Of a DNA stretch of 64,000 nt, positions 27,199 through 36,543 are shown piece by piece. Position numbers and translations under genes: made by a program. Below the pieces are notes generated by a model. It was not told where the DNA came from. It searched no databases and saw only the letters and a program-made list of their open reading frames with translations. Numbering within the stretch: position 1 is the first letter of the stretch; each line of letters starts with the position of its first letter. Source of the DNA: Rhizobacter sp. (lineage in GTDB: Bacteria > Pseudomonadota > Gammaproteobacteria > Burkholderiales > Burkholderiaceae_C); assembly GCA_046154125.1 (NCBI GenBank), contig JBJXEJ010000118.1, positions 10,072-74,071 of the forward strand. The letters are read 5' to 3'.

Positions 27199-28230
27199 GC
27201 GAGGCGAGCGCAAGACCCGCCGACCCGCGACTCGGTCTTCTCCGTGGCGACGAAACGGCAAGTCGGCAAACTGCTCCAGTGCCAAGCCCACCTCGTCGTA
27301 GCCCAGCAGCGCCCGGGCGCTGGTCGCACCTGTGAATCGACCGTTGTATTCGTAGATCGCGAACCGGCCATCGGGGCACAGCTGACACTGCGCATTCAGC
27401 GGGCCACGCCAGCCCGCTTCGGAAAACGTCCGGGCCACACGCAAGGCCAGCGCTTCCAGTTGCGAGTCCACCCAGACCTCGACCTGGGCGCTCTTTCCCT
27501 GCTTCATCGAATGACAGGTCACCAGGTGATCGACGATGTCACCGGCCGGCCCGATGAAGATCTGCAGCGAACACTTGAGCTCCTCGAAACTGTTGAAGAG
27601 CGGGGCGCCCAGGCGCTCCAGTTCATCCAGGTAACTCACCAGGGCATCGCGCGAACCCAGGTACTCCTGCACCAGCATGGCGGGATTGCCCAGCACCGCT
27701 TCCAGCTGGTTTCGCTGGCGCAGGATGCGCACACCGAGCGACGCAAAGCCTGCGCGTGGCTTGGCGATCAGAGGCCAACCCACGTCATCGAGCAAGGCCT
27801 CCACGGCGATGGGATCGGCGGCCGGCGCCGAACGGGCAAACGGCAGGCCCCGGGCCACAGAAAACTGCGCGCTGCGCCACTTGTCAACGATGCAGGCAGC
27901 CGCAGTGGGACTGCCCACCAGTGCCTGCGCACCGAGGTCACGCAGTTCTCCAGCCCAATGGGCCAACCATTGCACATCATCGTCGCGGCACGGAATCACC
28001 AGTGCCGGCCGCTCTTCCTCGACCAATTGCATCAACAACGTCTTGAAAGACTGCGGATCTCCGGATGTCGGCGGCGCCAGGCAGACGCGATCCATCCGAT
28101 CGAGACTCGGTGCCCAGGGCTGCGTGTTGGTCGCGACCAGGCGCAGCGCCGAGCACCGATCACCGAGGGCATCGACCACGTTCTCGCCCACCAGCGAACC
28201 CGCGCTCAACAACAAGATTGCGGGCTTCAT
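27175..28230 (-). CDS. ATP-grasp domain ligase (carbamoyl-phosphate-synthase-like type found in glycan clusters)
   Basis: Motifs WPLIAKPRAGFASLGVRIL, AMLVQEYL and AIYEYNGRFTGA (E-x-N Mg site). The ATG at 28230 (MKPAILLLSAGS) is in frame with ORF 27175..28254. Confidence 0.8.
   Translation of the reverse strand: MKPAILLLSAGSLVGENVVDALGDRCSALRLVATNTQPWAPSLDRMDRVCLAPPTSGDPQSFKTLLMQLVEEERPALVIPCRDDDVQWLAHWAGELRDLGAQALVGSPTAAACIVDKWRSAQFSVARGLPFARSAPAADPIAVEALLDDVGWPLIAKPRAGFASLGVRILRQRNQLEAVLGNPAMLVQEYLGSRDALVSYLDELERLGAPLFNSFEELKCSLQIFIGPAGDIVDHLVTCHSMKQGKSAQVEVWVDSQLEALALRVARTFSEAGWRGPLNAQCQLCPDGRFAIYEYNGRFTGATSARALLGYDEVGLALEQFADLPFRRHGEDRVAGRRVLRSPRSWLRPAV
27199..27405. repeat. Direct repeat copy B (3' end of the intact ATP-grasp gene)
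   Basis: Counterpart of 25680..25886. See that entry. Confidence 0.75.
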
Positions 28231-28423
28231 GTCAGCTCGCGATGCGCGGGACAACTGGCTTGGGCCATGCGGTTCGATTCAGCTCCGCACCCCGGCGGCG
28301 GATTCCGGGAAATTCGGTCGCTTGCGCGAAGCCAGCAACGCTTGAGGGTCGGCACGAGATTCACCGGTCCAATGGATGCACACGATTTACTCGATCGCCA
28401 AGTCGGTGATGCCATGCAGCAAC

Positions 28424-29086
28424 TCAGATCGTGGTGCTCGCCGCGTGGCTGATGCGGCGCGCCGGGTTGCCGATGTAGACGCCTTCGGTCTCGGTGTCGG
28501 CAAGCATCACCGCACCAGCCCCGATGAAGGTTCGGGGCGCAATCGTCAAGCCGTGCTTCAAGACGGCACCCAGGCCAACGAACGATTGCTCGGCGACGCT
28601 GACGTTGCCCCCGATGTGGGCTCCCGCGGACACGAACACATGGCTGGCAAGCGAGCAGTGGTGCGAGATGATCGCGCCGCTGCGAACGATCACGTTGTCG
28701 CCGATGCGCGCGAATGGCTGGACGATCGCCTGGTCGAAGACCATGCAGTTCTCGCCGACCTGCAGGTCAGGCCACACGCCGGCCCGACCCGAGACGTAGC
28801 TGACGAATCGGTAACCCTGCGACTTGGCCGTTTCGTATCGCGCGCGGCGCAGGCCGTTGATCTGCTGGTAGCCCATCGGGATCAGCAACTGGACGTCGTC
28901 GGGTGGGCAAGCCACCGACAGGTCTTCGAACGGCACCACGGGCAGGCCTTCATGGACGCTGCCGGACATGAAGGCCCTGTCGACCGTGAACGCCACGACC
29001 TCGTGCTCACTGTCGTGCGTCAGGCAGTACCAGGCCAGGCTCGAGAAGGTACTCGCACCGAAAACGACAACGCGGGTCGCGGACAT
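28424..29086 (-). CDS. NeuD/PglD-like sugar acyltransferase (left-handed beta-helix)
   Basis: N-terminal Rossmann-like VVVFGASTFS plus hexapeptide repeats IGDNVIVRSGAIISHHCSLASHVFVSAGAHIGGNVSVAEQSFVGLGAVL. The ATG at 29086 (MSATRVV) is in frame with ORF 28424..29236. Confidence 0.8.
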   Translation of the reverse strand: MSATRVVVFGASTFSSLAWYCLTHDSEHEVVAFTVDRAFMSGSVHEGLPVVPFEDLSVACPPDDVQLLIPMGYQQINGLRRARYETAKSQGYRFVSYVSGRAGVWPDLQVGENCMVFDQAIVQPFARIGDNVIVRSGAIISHHCSLASHVFVSAGAHIGGNVSVAEQSFVGLGAVLKHGLTIAPRTFIGAGAVMLADTETEGVYIGNPARRISHAASTTI

Positions 29087-29103
29087 GGTCTGGTGGTTTC
29101 CTT

Positions 29104-31215
29104 TCAAGGCAGCGGCAGCGTGATGTCCAGGTGCTCTGCGGGCAGCCCCTGACACCAGCGTCGCCACATCTGGCGCGCCGCAGCCTCCAGGCCACGAGCC
29201 ACCAGGGTCGGTTGCCGCAAGGGCGCACTTCGCCATCGGTCACGCATGCCGGAGCGCAACTCAGCGAGAGCCCCCGGGTCGCTGACCATCTGCAAGGCTC
29301 GCGCGACGAAATCATCGGGATCCGTCGCGATCCATTCTGGAAGACCCATTTTCCCCATGCCGGAAGCAGCCTGGCAGTGGGCCCGCGAAGGGCCCATGAT
29401 CGTCAGCACCGGCACACCCATCCAGAGCGCGTGGTTGGTCGTGGTGCCGCCTGTGTAGGGCCAGGTGTCCAGGATCATGTCGACCTCGTGGTGCAGCCGC
29501 AGATACTCGTTCAGCGGCACGGCAGGTCGCAGATCCAGCCGATCGGCCGCGATGCCATGGCTTTCGAATCGCTCGACCACGCTGCGACGCACCTGCTCGT
29601 CGGATGCATTGCCGATCAGCATCCGCGAGCCGGGAACGCCATGCATCACGCGCGCCCAGGTGGCGACCACCTTGTCACCGAGCTTGCTGATCCGGTTGAA
29701 ACTGCCAAAGGTGACGTGTCCGCTTGCCAGCATCGGCAGTTCGCCGACTGGCGGCGCATCGAGGTTCTGGACGAACGCGCCCGACGTCGGGATGCGGGCG
29801 AATTTTTCGGTGTAGTAGCGCTCGAACAAACCATGCGGTGAATTGAATCGATCGCACAGCATGTAATCCATCGACAGCAAACCGGTGGTGTTCGGATAGC
29901 CCAGCCACGTCACCTGCACCGGCGCCGGCTTCCGGCAGAACGCCTGCAGCCGGTTGTAGGCTGTGTGGCCGGACAGATCGAACAGCACATCGATCCTGTC
30001 GCTTCGAATCTGCTCGGCCAGTTCGTCATCCGTCATCGCCTCCACTTGCCGCCAGGCATGGCAGTGCTCGCGAAGACGCGCCGTGACGAAGTCCTGCTCG
30101 CCGCATGAGTGATAGACGAGAATCTCGACCTGCTCGCGGTCGATCGCGGCCCACACCGGGTGGATGAAATAAGCCACCGCGTGACTGCGCAGGTCGCCTG
30201 AGACGAACCCCACGCGCAACTTTCGATCCGGGTCTCGGTTGTTGGCGTGCGCCACCGGGCGGACGCGATCAGGCGCTTCGAAATGGGCGCCGAACGCCCG
30301 GTGTGCATCGAACAGCTCATCCCAGCTGACGTCCTCGTCCTGTGTCAGGCAGAACAGGTGGCTGCTGCGGATCTGGGCGTCGTCGGGCCTGAGTCGAATG
30401 GCCTCGCGCAAACACGCGGCAGCCTGCGTCAATCGCCCCGACTCGCTGAGGATCGAGCCCAGCTGCGCCAGGCTGGAAGGCTCTTGAGGCGCGATCGCCA
30501 GGGCCCGTCGGCAACTGGCTTCGGCCGCGGCCCATTGCTTCTTTTCCGCCAGCACTCGCCCCAGCCCTTCGTGAGCCTGATGCAGCTGCGGCTGCAACTC
30601 GATCGCCTTCCCGAAGGCGACTTCGGCCTGGTCCCACAGGCGCGTCTCGATGCACATCAGGCCGAGATTGCAGTGGATTCCAGCCATCTGCGGCGCCCGC
30701 GCCAGCGCGTGCTCGAAGCAGGCGCGGGCCTCGGCATGGCGGCGCTGCGCCTGCAGGATGGCACCCAGGTTGGCCAGGTTCTGCGGGCTGTTTGGTGCGA
30801 GAGCCAGCGCATCCCGGAAGCACGCCTCGGCGCCGCGGAAGTCGCCCTGCGCATGCAACGTGATGCCCAGGTTGCCGAACGCCGATGCCATCTTCGGCTG
30901 CAGCGTCACCGCCCTGGTGAACAGCGCCTGTGCAGGCTGCAGCTCACCCTGCGACAGGCAGACCACACCGAGCTTGTTGTTGATCTCAGCGTCGTCGGGA
31001 GCGAGCTTCAGCGCAGACTCCAGACACTCTCGGGCCTCCCGCAGTCGGCCGGCGCCCTGGTGGATCGAGCCCAGCACCTTCCACGGAAGGAAGTGATTCG
31101 GCATCCTCCCGGTCAATGCGGTGGCGAGCGCCAACGCTTCGGCCTGCTGCCCCGCGGCATGAAGTCGGGCGAGGCGGTCCAGCTCGGGGTTCGACGATCT
31201 ATCAGTGGCGGTCAT
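29104..31215 (-). CDS. TPR-repeat protein fused to a GT41 (O-GlcNAc transferase/SPINDLY-like) glycosyltransferase domain
   Basis: About 300 aa of TPR repeats (...AFGNLGITLHAQGDFRGAEACFRDALALAP...). These are followed by VGFVSGDLRSHAVAYF, VTWLGYPNTTG, TFGSFNRISK and DTWPYTGGTTTNHALWMGVPVLT. Confidence 0.85.
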   Translation of the reverse strand: MTATDRSSNPELDRLARLHAAGQQAEALALATALTGRMPNHFLPWKVLGSIHQGAGRLREARECLESALKLAPDDAEINNKLGVVCLSQGELQPAQALFTRAVTLQPKMASAFGNLGITLHAQGDFRGAEACFRDALALAPNSPQNLANLGAILQAQRRHAEARACFEHALARAPQMAGIHCNLGLMCIETRLWDQAEVAFGKAIELQPQLHQAHEGLGRVLAEKKQWAAAEASCRRALAIAPQEPSSLAQLGSILSESGRLTQAAACLREAIRLRPDDAQIRSSHLFCLTQDEDVSWDELFDAHRAFGAHFEAPDRVRPVAHANNRDPDRKLRVGFVSGDLRSHAVAYFIHPVWAAIDREQVEILVYHSCGEQDFVTARLREHCHAWRQVEAMTDDELAEQIRSDRIDVLFDLSGHTAYNRLQAFCRKPAPVQVTWLGYPNTTGLLSMDYMLCDRFNSPHGLFERYYTEKFARIPTSGAFVQNLDAPPVGELPMLASGHVTFGSFNRISKLGDKVVATWARVMHGVPGSRMLIGNASDEQVRRSVVERFESHGIAADRLDLRPAVPLNEYLRLHHEVDMILDTWPYTGGTTTNHALWMGVPVLTIMGPSRAHCQAASGMGKMGLPEWIATDPDDFVARALQMVSDPGALAELRSGMRDRWRSAPLRQPTLVARGLEAAARQMWRRWCQGLPAEHLDITLPLP

Positions 31216-31272
31216 GGTGGCGCAGTTCGTCAGGCCGGAGCGGGAACATGGATTCTGTCGCGACGCGCCGCC

Positions 31273-33072
31273 TCAGCGGAAATCGCGATCGTCCATCACG
31301 GTGGTCGGCGGCACGCACTGGAACGGTACCGGCGTCACGTCTTCGCTGCACGTCGCGAAGAACTCCCTCGACGCCGGGTTGTGGAATTCGCGCAGCCGCG
31401 CAGCGATGTGACGCGCTCGCTCGACATCACCGCTGTCGGCCAGCGCCTGCGCCCAGGCCATCATCAGCCGCGTGTCGAGCAGGAAATGCCTGGCGCCGTC
31501 CATCGCGCGCAGCACCTCTGCGGAAGACGCGTGGGTGGTGGCGGCCGCGTAGTCGGCGTGGTGCGAGAACAGCACGCTGCGCCGACCCGCGGCAATGCGT
31601 TCGGCGAGTGGCGGCGCGTCTTCACCGGGCTCGAAGATTGCCACCACCGGGATGTAGTCGATCACCGACAAGGCGCCGCACGCAGTCAGCGTCATCGAGG
31701 CGAACCAGAGTGACCTTGCGGGAGTGCGCGTTGCCGATGCGGGGTTCGTCGGTCGCACAGTCAGTGGCTCGGCGCCGAGGCACAGGCCCCAGGCAAAGGC
31801 GGCCGGCAGCAGGAAGTACGCGTACCACAGCGGGTATTCGAGCAGGCTGTGCCAAGCCACCAGCAACACCATGATGCAGGCAAACCGCGCCAGCGCAGGC
31901 GACGCACGGCCGAGTTCGGACCCAGTTGCGCCGCCGGCCTTCCAGGCGCGCCACAGCGGCCAGGTCAGCAACGCCGTCACGACCAGCGCCAGCGGCACCC
32001 CGAGCTCGACCACGAACTGCAGCATCAGGTTGTGGGTGTGGTCAAAGAACGCGACCGGCCGCCCGGGAAACGGGGTCAACGACCAGGCCAGGTTGAACTC
32101 GCCCCAGCCGACACCGAACCACGGCCGCTGCGCGATCAGGCCCAGCGTGTCGGCCCAGATACCGAAGCGCGAACTGGAGATGTCGGCCTCGCTGCGCAGC
32201 CGTGCGGCACCGCCGAAGACATGGCCGCTGGCGTCGGCCCAAGCCGTCAGGCCGAACCAGCACACCGCATAGATCACCGGGGAGAGACAGAGCAGCAGGC
32301 GCGTTCGGCGCGACAGGTTGCGATCGAGTGCGCCCCAGACGGCCAGCGCCAGCACGCCCAGCATGCCGGTGCGCGAGGCGCTCAGCACCAGGCCGAAGAT
32401 GAGTGCCAGCAGCCCGGCGTACAAACCCGCGAGCCAGCCCGGCCGTGCCGACAGTCGCCCGGTCTCGACCGATTCGGCCAGCCACAGCAAGGCCACGACC
32501 GACCACAGCAGCAAGCTGCTCAGGTGATTGGGCTGTCGCAGGTTGCCGGCCGCGCGCCCCTCCAGCGCCGTGATCGCGATCCACTGCCCATCGGCCCAGT
32601 GCGGCACAAACACCTGCACCGCGCCCACGGCCACGCTGAGCAGGCCCGCGATCAGCAGCGCGATGCACAACGCCCGGAACGCTGCCACACCCTGGCCGGC
32701 AGACATCGCCGCCGCACCGACGCAAGCCACCAGCCCGGCCGCCGACAGCATCCCGATCGCCGACAGCGCCAGCGACGCCGGCAGGCCGGTCAGCGCCCAC
32801 GACCCCGCGCAGGCCGCGATCAACAGCATCAGCGCAGCCAGCAGCGCCTTCAGGCCAGCGCCCCAGCGCAACGACACGCCCGCGGGGGCGGACGCCAGGC
32901 GCCACGCCGCCACGGCACAGAACACGCCCCATCCCGACACCGCTGCGGCCTGGTTGAGAAAGGTCGCCGACGGGGGCAGGTTGGCGGCCAGCAACGCCGC
33001 CGGCACGACCGCCAGACAGGCAGCGACGGTGAGCCCCACTGCGTTGGCAGGCGCAGCGTCGCTGCGCGACAT
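31273..33072 (-). CDS. O-antigen ligase/PglL-like polytopic membrane protein with Wzy_C_2-type C-terminal domain (putative O-oligosaccharyltransferase 2)
   Basis: Many TM segments. Wzy_C-like motifs LSASRTGMLG, FFDHTHNLMLQFVVELG and HSLLEYPLWYAYFLLP. Soluble C-terminal domain ...RHFLLDTRLMMAWAQALADSGDVERARHIAARL. ATG at 33072. Confidence 0.75.
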   Translation of the reverse strand: MSRSDAAPANAVGLTVAACLAVVPAALLAANLPPSATFLNQAAAVSGWGVFCAVAAWRLASAPAGVSLRWGAGLKALLAALMLLIAACAGSWALTGLPASLALSAIGMLSAAGLVACVGAAAMSAGQGVAAFRALCIALLIAGLLSVAVGAVQVFVPHWADGQWIAITALEGRAAGNLRQPNHLSSLLLWSVVALLWLAESVETGRLSARPGWLAGLYAGLLALIFGLVLSASRTGMLGVLALAVWGALDRNLSRRTRLLLCLSPVIYAVCWFGLTAWADASGHVFGGAARLRSEADISSSRFGIWADTLGLIAQRPWFGVGWGEFNLAWSLTPFPGRPVAFFDHTHNLMLQFVVELGVPLALVVTALLTWPLWRAWKAGGATGSELGRASPALARFACIMVLLVAWHSLLEYPLWYAYFLLPAAFAWGLCLGAEPLTVRPTNPASATRTPARSLWFASMTLTACGALSVIDYIPVVAIFEPGEDAPPLAERIAAGRRSVLFSHHADYAAATTHASSAEVLRAMDGARHFLLDTRLMMAWAQALADSGDVERARHIAARLREFHNPASREFFATCSEDVTPVPFQCVPPTTVMDDRDFR

Positions 33073-33255
33073 CGGCGAAGGATCCGGGCCCTGCCGACCC
33101 GCGGAGCTCACGATGTCACCCAACGAACACACCGGTTCCTTGAAGACGGACGGGTAGGGTGATCGGTGTCTCGGCCATGTCGCTTCCTTGAGAAGACGAC
33201 GATCGTAATGCGGCCCCGCAGCATGACGGGCGCACTCGCTGCGGTCAGCGTCCGA

Positions 33256-34023
33256 TCAGAAGAATCCTTCCACCGGCAGATGACCAACGACTCGCGCACC
33301 GGGAGCCGCGACCAGCGAGACCCAGCTCGCTCGACGCGACATCAGCGGCAGGAAGCGCAGCGCCGCCGGCGGCTGACCGGCGGCCTGGGCGATGGCGGCC
33401 ACGTCGGGCGCCAGCCGCGGGTACTGGGCCAGCAGCACCGAGACCGGGCGGGCGACCCGCCAGACCTGGTCGGCGTGTGCCGCGTACTCGCGCCATTGCT
33501 TGGGTTGCATCGCCAGGTCGACGCCGGACAGCCCCAGTTCGATCGACTTCATCTGGTCGTCTGGGTTGTCGGGCTTGACCGCCGCGATCAGCTTCGGCCC
33601 GGTCCAAGACAGGCTCCCCAGACCCGTCGGCGCGTCGCCCAGCATGGCCGGATCGATGTCGGCCGCCGTGACCACGCGCAGGCGATCCACCTCGAAGGCC
33701 AGCAGCACCGGCCGAGCCAGCGCCATCGTGTACAGCCCGTAGCCGAACGCCGCCAGCTGGATGACCACGATCACCGCCAGATCACGGGTCAACTCCGCGA
33801 GTGCCTTGCCAGGGCTGGCCACCACCGCGGTCAACGCGGGCCCGAGGACGACGTCGACGCTGACGATCAGCAGAAAGAGGCCGGCGCCTCCGGCCAGCGT
33901 GTCGTAGGGCTGGGGATACCAGACCAGGAAAACCAGCGCCGCAGAAAGCGCTGCGACCAGGCCGCTGGCGAGAAGGTGGATACCGGCCGCCCTGAGGCGG
34001 GTGATCGGGGAACGAGCCTTCAT
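33256..34023 (-). CDS. TfpX/TfpZ-like type IV pilin accessory membrane protein
   Basis: The layout matches my recollection of the family: IHLLASGLVAALSAALVFLVWYPQPY, DVVLGPALT, RPVLLAFEVDRLRVVTAADID and C-terminal LRFLPL...GHLPVEGFF. It lies between two OTase-like genes downstream of pilA. Confidence 0.6.
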   Translation of the reverse strand: MKARSPITRLRAAGIHLLASGLVAALSAALVFLVWYPQPYDTLAGGAGLFLLIVSVDVVLGPALTAVVASPGKALAELTRDLAVIVVIQLAAFGYGLYTMALARPVLLAFEVDRLRVVTAADIDPAMLGDAPTGLGSLSWTGPKLIAAVKPDNPDDQMKSIELGLSGVDLAMQPKQWREYAAHADQVWRVARPVSVLLAQYPRLAPDVAAIAQAAGQPPAALRFLPLMSRRASWVSLVAAPGARVVGHLPVEGFF

Positions 34024-34089
34024 GGGTGAAACGCTTGCTGTACGAAGTTCTTCCTGGTCAGCCCAGGGCCGGATGTTCGACCTGCCCTG

Positions 34090-35760
34090 TCATTCTGGCA
34101 AGGCCTGGTCGAGCCCGCGCAGGCCTTCCTGTTCAACGACGACCCGGTCGTGCAGATCCTTGCGGATCTTCCGGTACATCGCGTCTCCATGCACATAGCG
34201 GATCTTCTTGAACATCGAGATCGCGTCGGGCAAACGCCCGTTCAGGGCCCAGGCCCACGACATCTTGGCCATCACGCCGGAATACGGAAAGCGCTTCACA
34301 ACCGCTTCCATCGACGCCAGCTCGGCGGCGGTCATGCCAGGCGTCGGTTTCGTCCGGATGAACATGAGAAACGAGGTCTGGCTCGACAGAAAGGGCGCGT
34401 CCGGCGCCGACCCGGCGGCTGCCATCGGGCCGATGCGGAGGTTCTCGAAGCGCACGCGCCGGGCATCTTCCTCGACTTGCGGGTAATCGCGCCACATGCC
34501 CGCGACCATCACGAACGCCAGCGCCACGGGCACCCACCTCAGGGCGGCCAGCTTGCGGGTTCCAGGTGTTCCGCAAGCATGCTCGACATGACCGATCCAC
34601 AAGCCGACCGGGATGAGGAAGTAGGCGTAGTGATAAGGCAGTTCGAGCATGCTGTGGATACCGAACAGGGTAACGCTCAGCAGGCCGACGACCCCTTCGA
34701 CGGACGCCACCCGCCACCACCGGCTTGCATACCAGAACAAGATCAGGCCGCTCAGAAACACGCCGAGCGGATAGCCGCACCACAGCGCCAGTTCGAGAAA
34801 AAGGTTGTGGGCCTGCTGCCACACCCCGTGCAGCGGCGGGTAGCGATCCGCCACCGCCAGTTGCGCGCTGGCGGTCTGCAACCACCCCACGCCTTTCCAC
34901 GGCGATTGCGACAGCGCGTCTACGAACATCGCCCAACCCTGGAAGCGGCCCGCGTCCATGCTGCGCGCACTGAGCGAGGCCGTGGTGTCCAGCAGCAAGG
35001 CGTCCTGCAGCACCGGCCAGCCCCACGACATCAACCAGTGCGCCAGCGTGGCCGCGCACACCGCGAGCAGGCTGACGCGAAGCGCCACACCGCGCTGTCG
35101 GGCGATGAACAATCCCACGAGCACGGCCGGTCCGAACAGCATCGCCGTTCGCGACTGGGAGGTGGCCGCGCCCAGCAGCAGGAAACCCAGCAGCAAGCCA
35201 GCCACCCACGCACCGAGGCGCCGTTGCTCGTGGAGCAGCAGCAGGCCCATCGCACCCAGACCGAGCAGGGTGGCCAGGTTGTTGGGCTGGGCCAGATTCG
35301 CGCAGGCACGGCCTCCGGTGCACAAGCCCAGACTCAACAGCCCCAGGTTACCGACCCGCAGACCCTGGAAAAGAGCGATCGCCGCCGACAGCACGCTGCC
35401 CAGCACGATGGTGCCGGCCAGAAGAGCTGCCGATCCTTTGGCATCGCGCCGGGCCCAGGTGAAGCCTGTCAGGACGGCGATTGCAAGCCCGAGCACATAG
35501 ACGCTGCCGACCACCGCATCGCCCGTGAAGGCCAGCTGTCCCGCGGTCCATTGAATCCATGGAATGGCAGCGACCGCGACCACCACCCAGAACGCCGCCG
35601 GGACACGGGCCGGAGTCGCCCCGCGCCTGAAGGTGCCGAGCAGCAGCAGCATCAGGCCCAGCGCCATGGCACTGTCGTTGTAGGCAGACAGCCACGGGAG
35701 GTAGTGATCGGGGATCAACCAGGCGGCCGCGATGGCGGCCGAACCGAACAGTTCGAACAT
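34090..35760 (-). CDS. PglL/TfpO-like O-oligosaccharyltransferase (Wzy_C + PglL-type N-terminus + Wzy_C_2 C-terminus), putative OTase 1
   Basis: Motifs LIPDHYLPWLSAYNDS, ATSQSRTAMLFG, QQAHNLFLELALWCG and HSMLELPYHYAYFLIP. Located immediately downstream of pilA. ATG at 35760 (MFELFGS). Confidence 0.8.
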   Translation of the reverse strand: MFELFGSAAIAAAWLIPDHYLPWLSAYNDSAMALGLMLLLLGTFRRGATPARVPAAFWVVVAVAAIPWIQWTAGQLAFTGDAVVGSVYVLGLAIAVLTGFTWARRDAKGSAALLAGTIVLGSVLSAAIALFQGLRVGNLGLLSLGLCTGGRACANLAQPNNLATLLGLGAMGLLLLHEQRRLGAWVAGLLLGFLLLGAATSQSRTAMLFGPAVLVGLFIARQRGVALRVSLLAVCAATLAHWLMSWGWPVLQDALLLDTTASLSARSMDAGRFQGWAMFVDALSQSPWKGVGWLQTASAQLAVADRYPPLHGVWQQAHNLFLELALWCGYPLGVFLSGLILFWYASRWWRVASVEGVVGLLSVTLFGIHSMLELPYHYAYFLIPVGLWIGHVEHACGTPGTRKLAALRWVPVALAFVMVAGMWRDYPQVEEDARRVRFENLRIGPMAAAGSAPDAPFLSSQTSFLMFIRTKPTPGMTAAELASMEAVVKRFPYSGVMAKMSWAWALNGRLPDAISMFKKIRYVHGDAMYRKIRKDLHDRVVVEQEGLRGLDQALPE

Positions 35761-35793
35761 CAGATCAGGACCGTCGATGCGTTTGCAGGATTG

Positions 35794-35821
35794 AAAAAGG
35801 GCAGCCTGCGCTGCCCTTTTC
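35794..35821 (-). terminator. Intrinsic terminator/attenuator just after pilA
   Basis: The minus strand reads GAAAAGGGCAGC-GCAG-GCTGCCCTTTTTCAA: a 9-bp GC-rich stem followed by a T-run. It lies 18 nt after the pilA stop and before the OTase start. Confidence 0.65.
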
Positions 35822-35838
35822 ACATTGAGACATTGAAA

Positions 35839-36489
<651 letters not shown>

Positions 36490-36543
36490 TCAGGTCGGGC
36501 CGAACGCGCTTCGGCGGGCCTGCGCGCCGGAGCGCGTTACCGC

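Noticed and set aside
26171-27250. Possibility that the low-GC segment is a mobile element (IS, integron cassette or prophage fragment).
   Set aside because: I could find no transposase, integrase, tRNA target, terminal inverted repeats or short target-site duplication. The only flanking repeats are diverged copies of the ATP-grasp 3' end. I report it as a recombination-derived insert, not a mobile element.
33073-33255. 63-aa ORF 33108..33299(-) in the gap between the TfpZ-like gene and OTase 2.
   Set aside because: It overlaps the 3' end of the TfpZ-like gene in another frame, has no motifs and has atypical composition. It is probably a promoter or spacer region.
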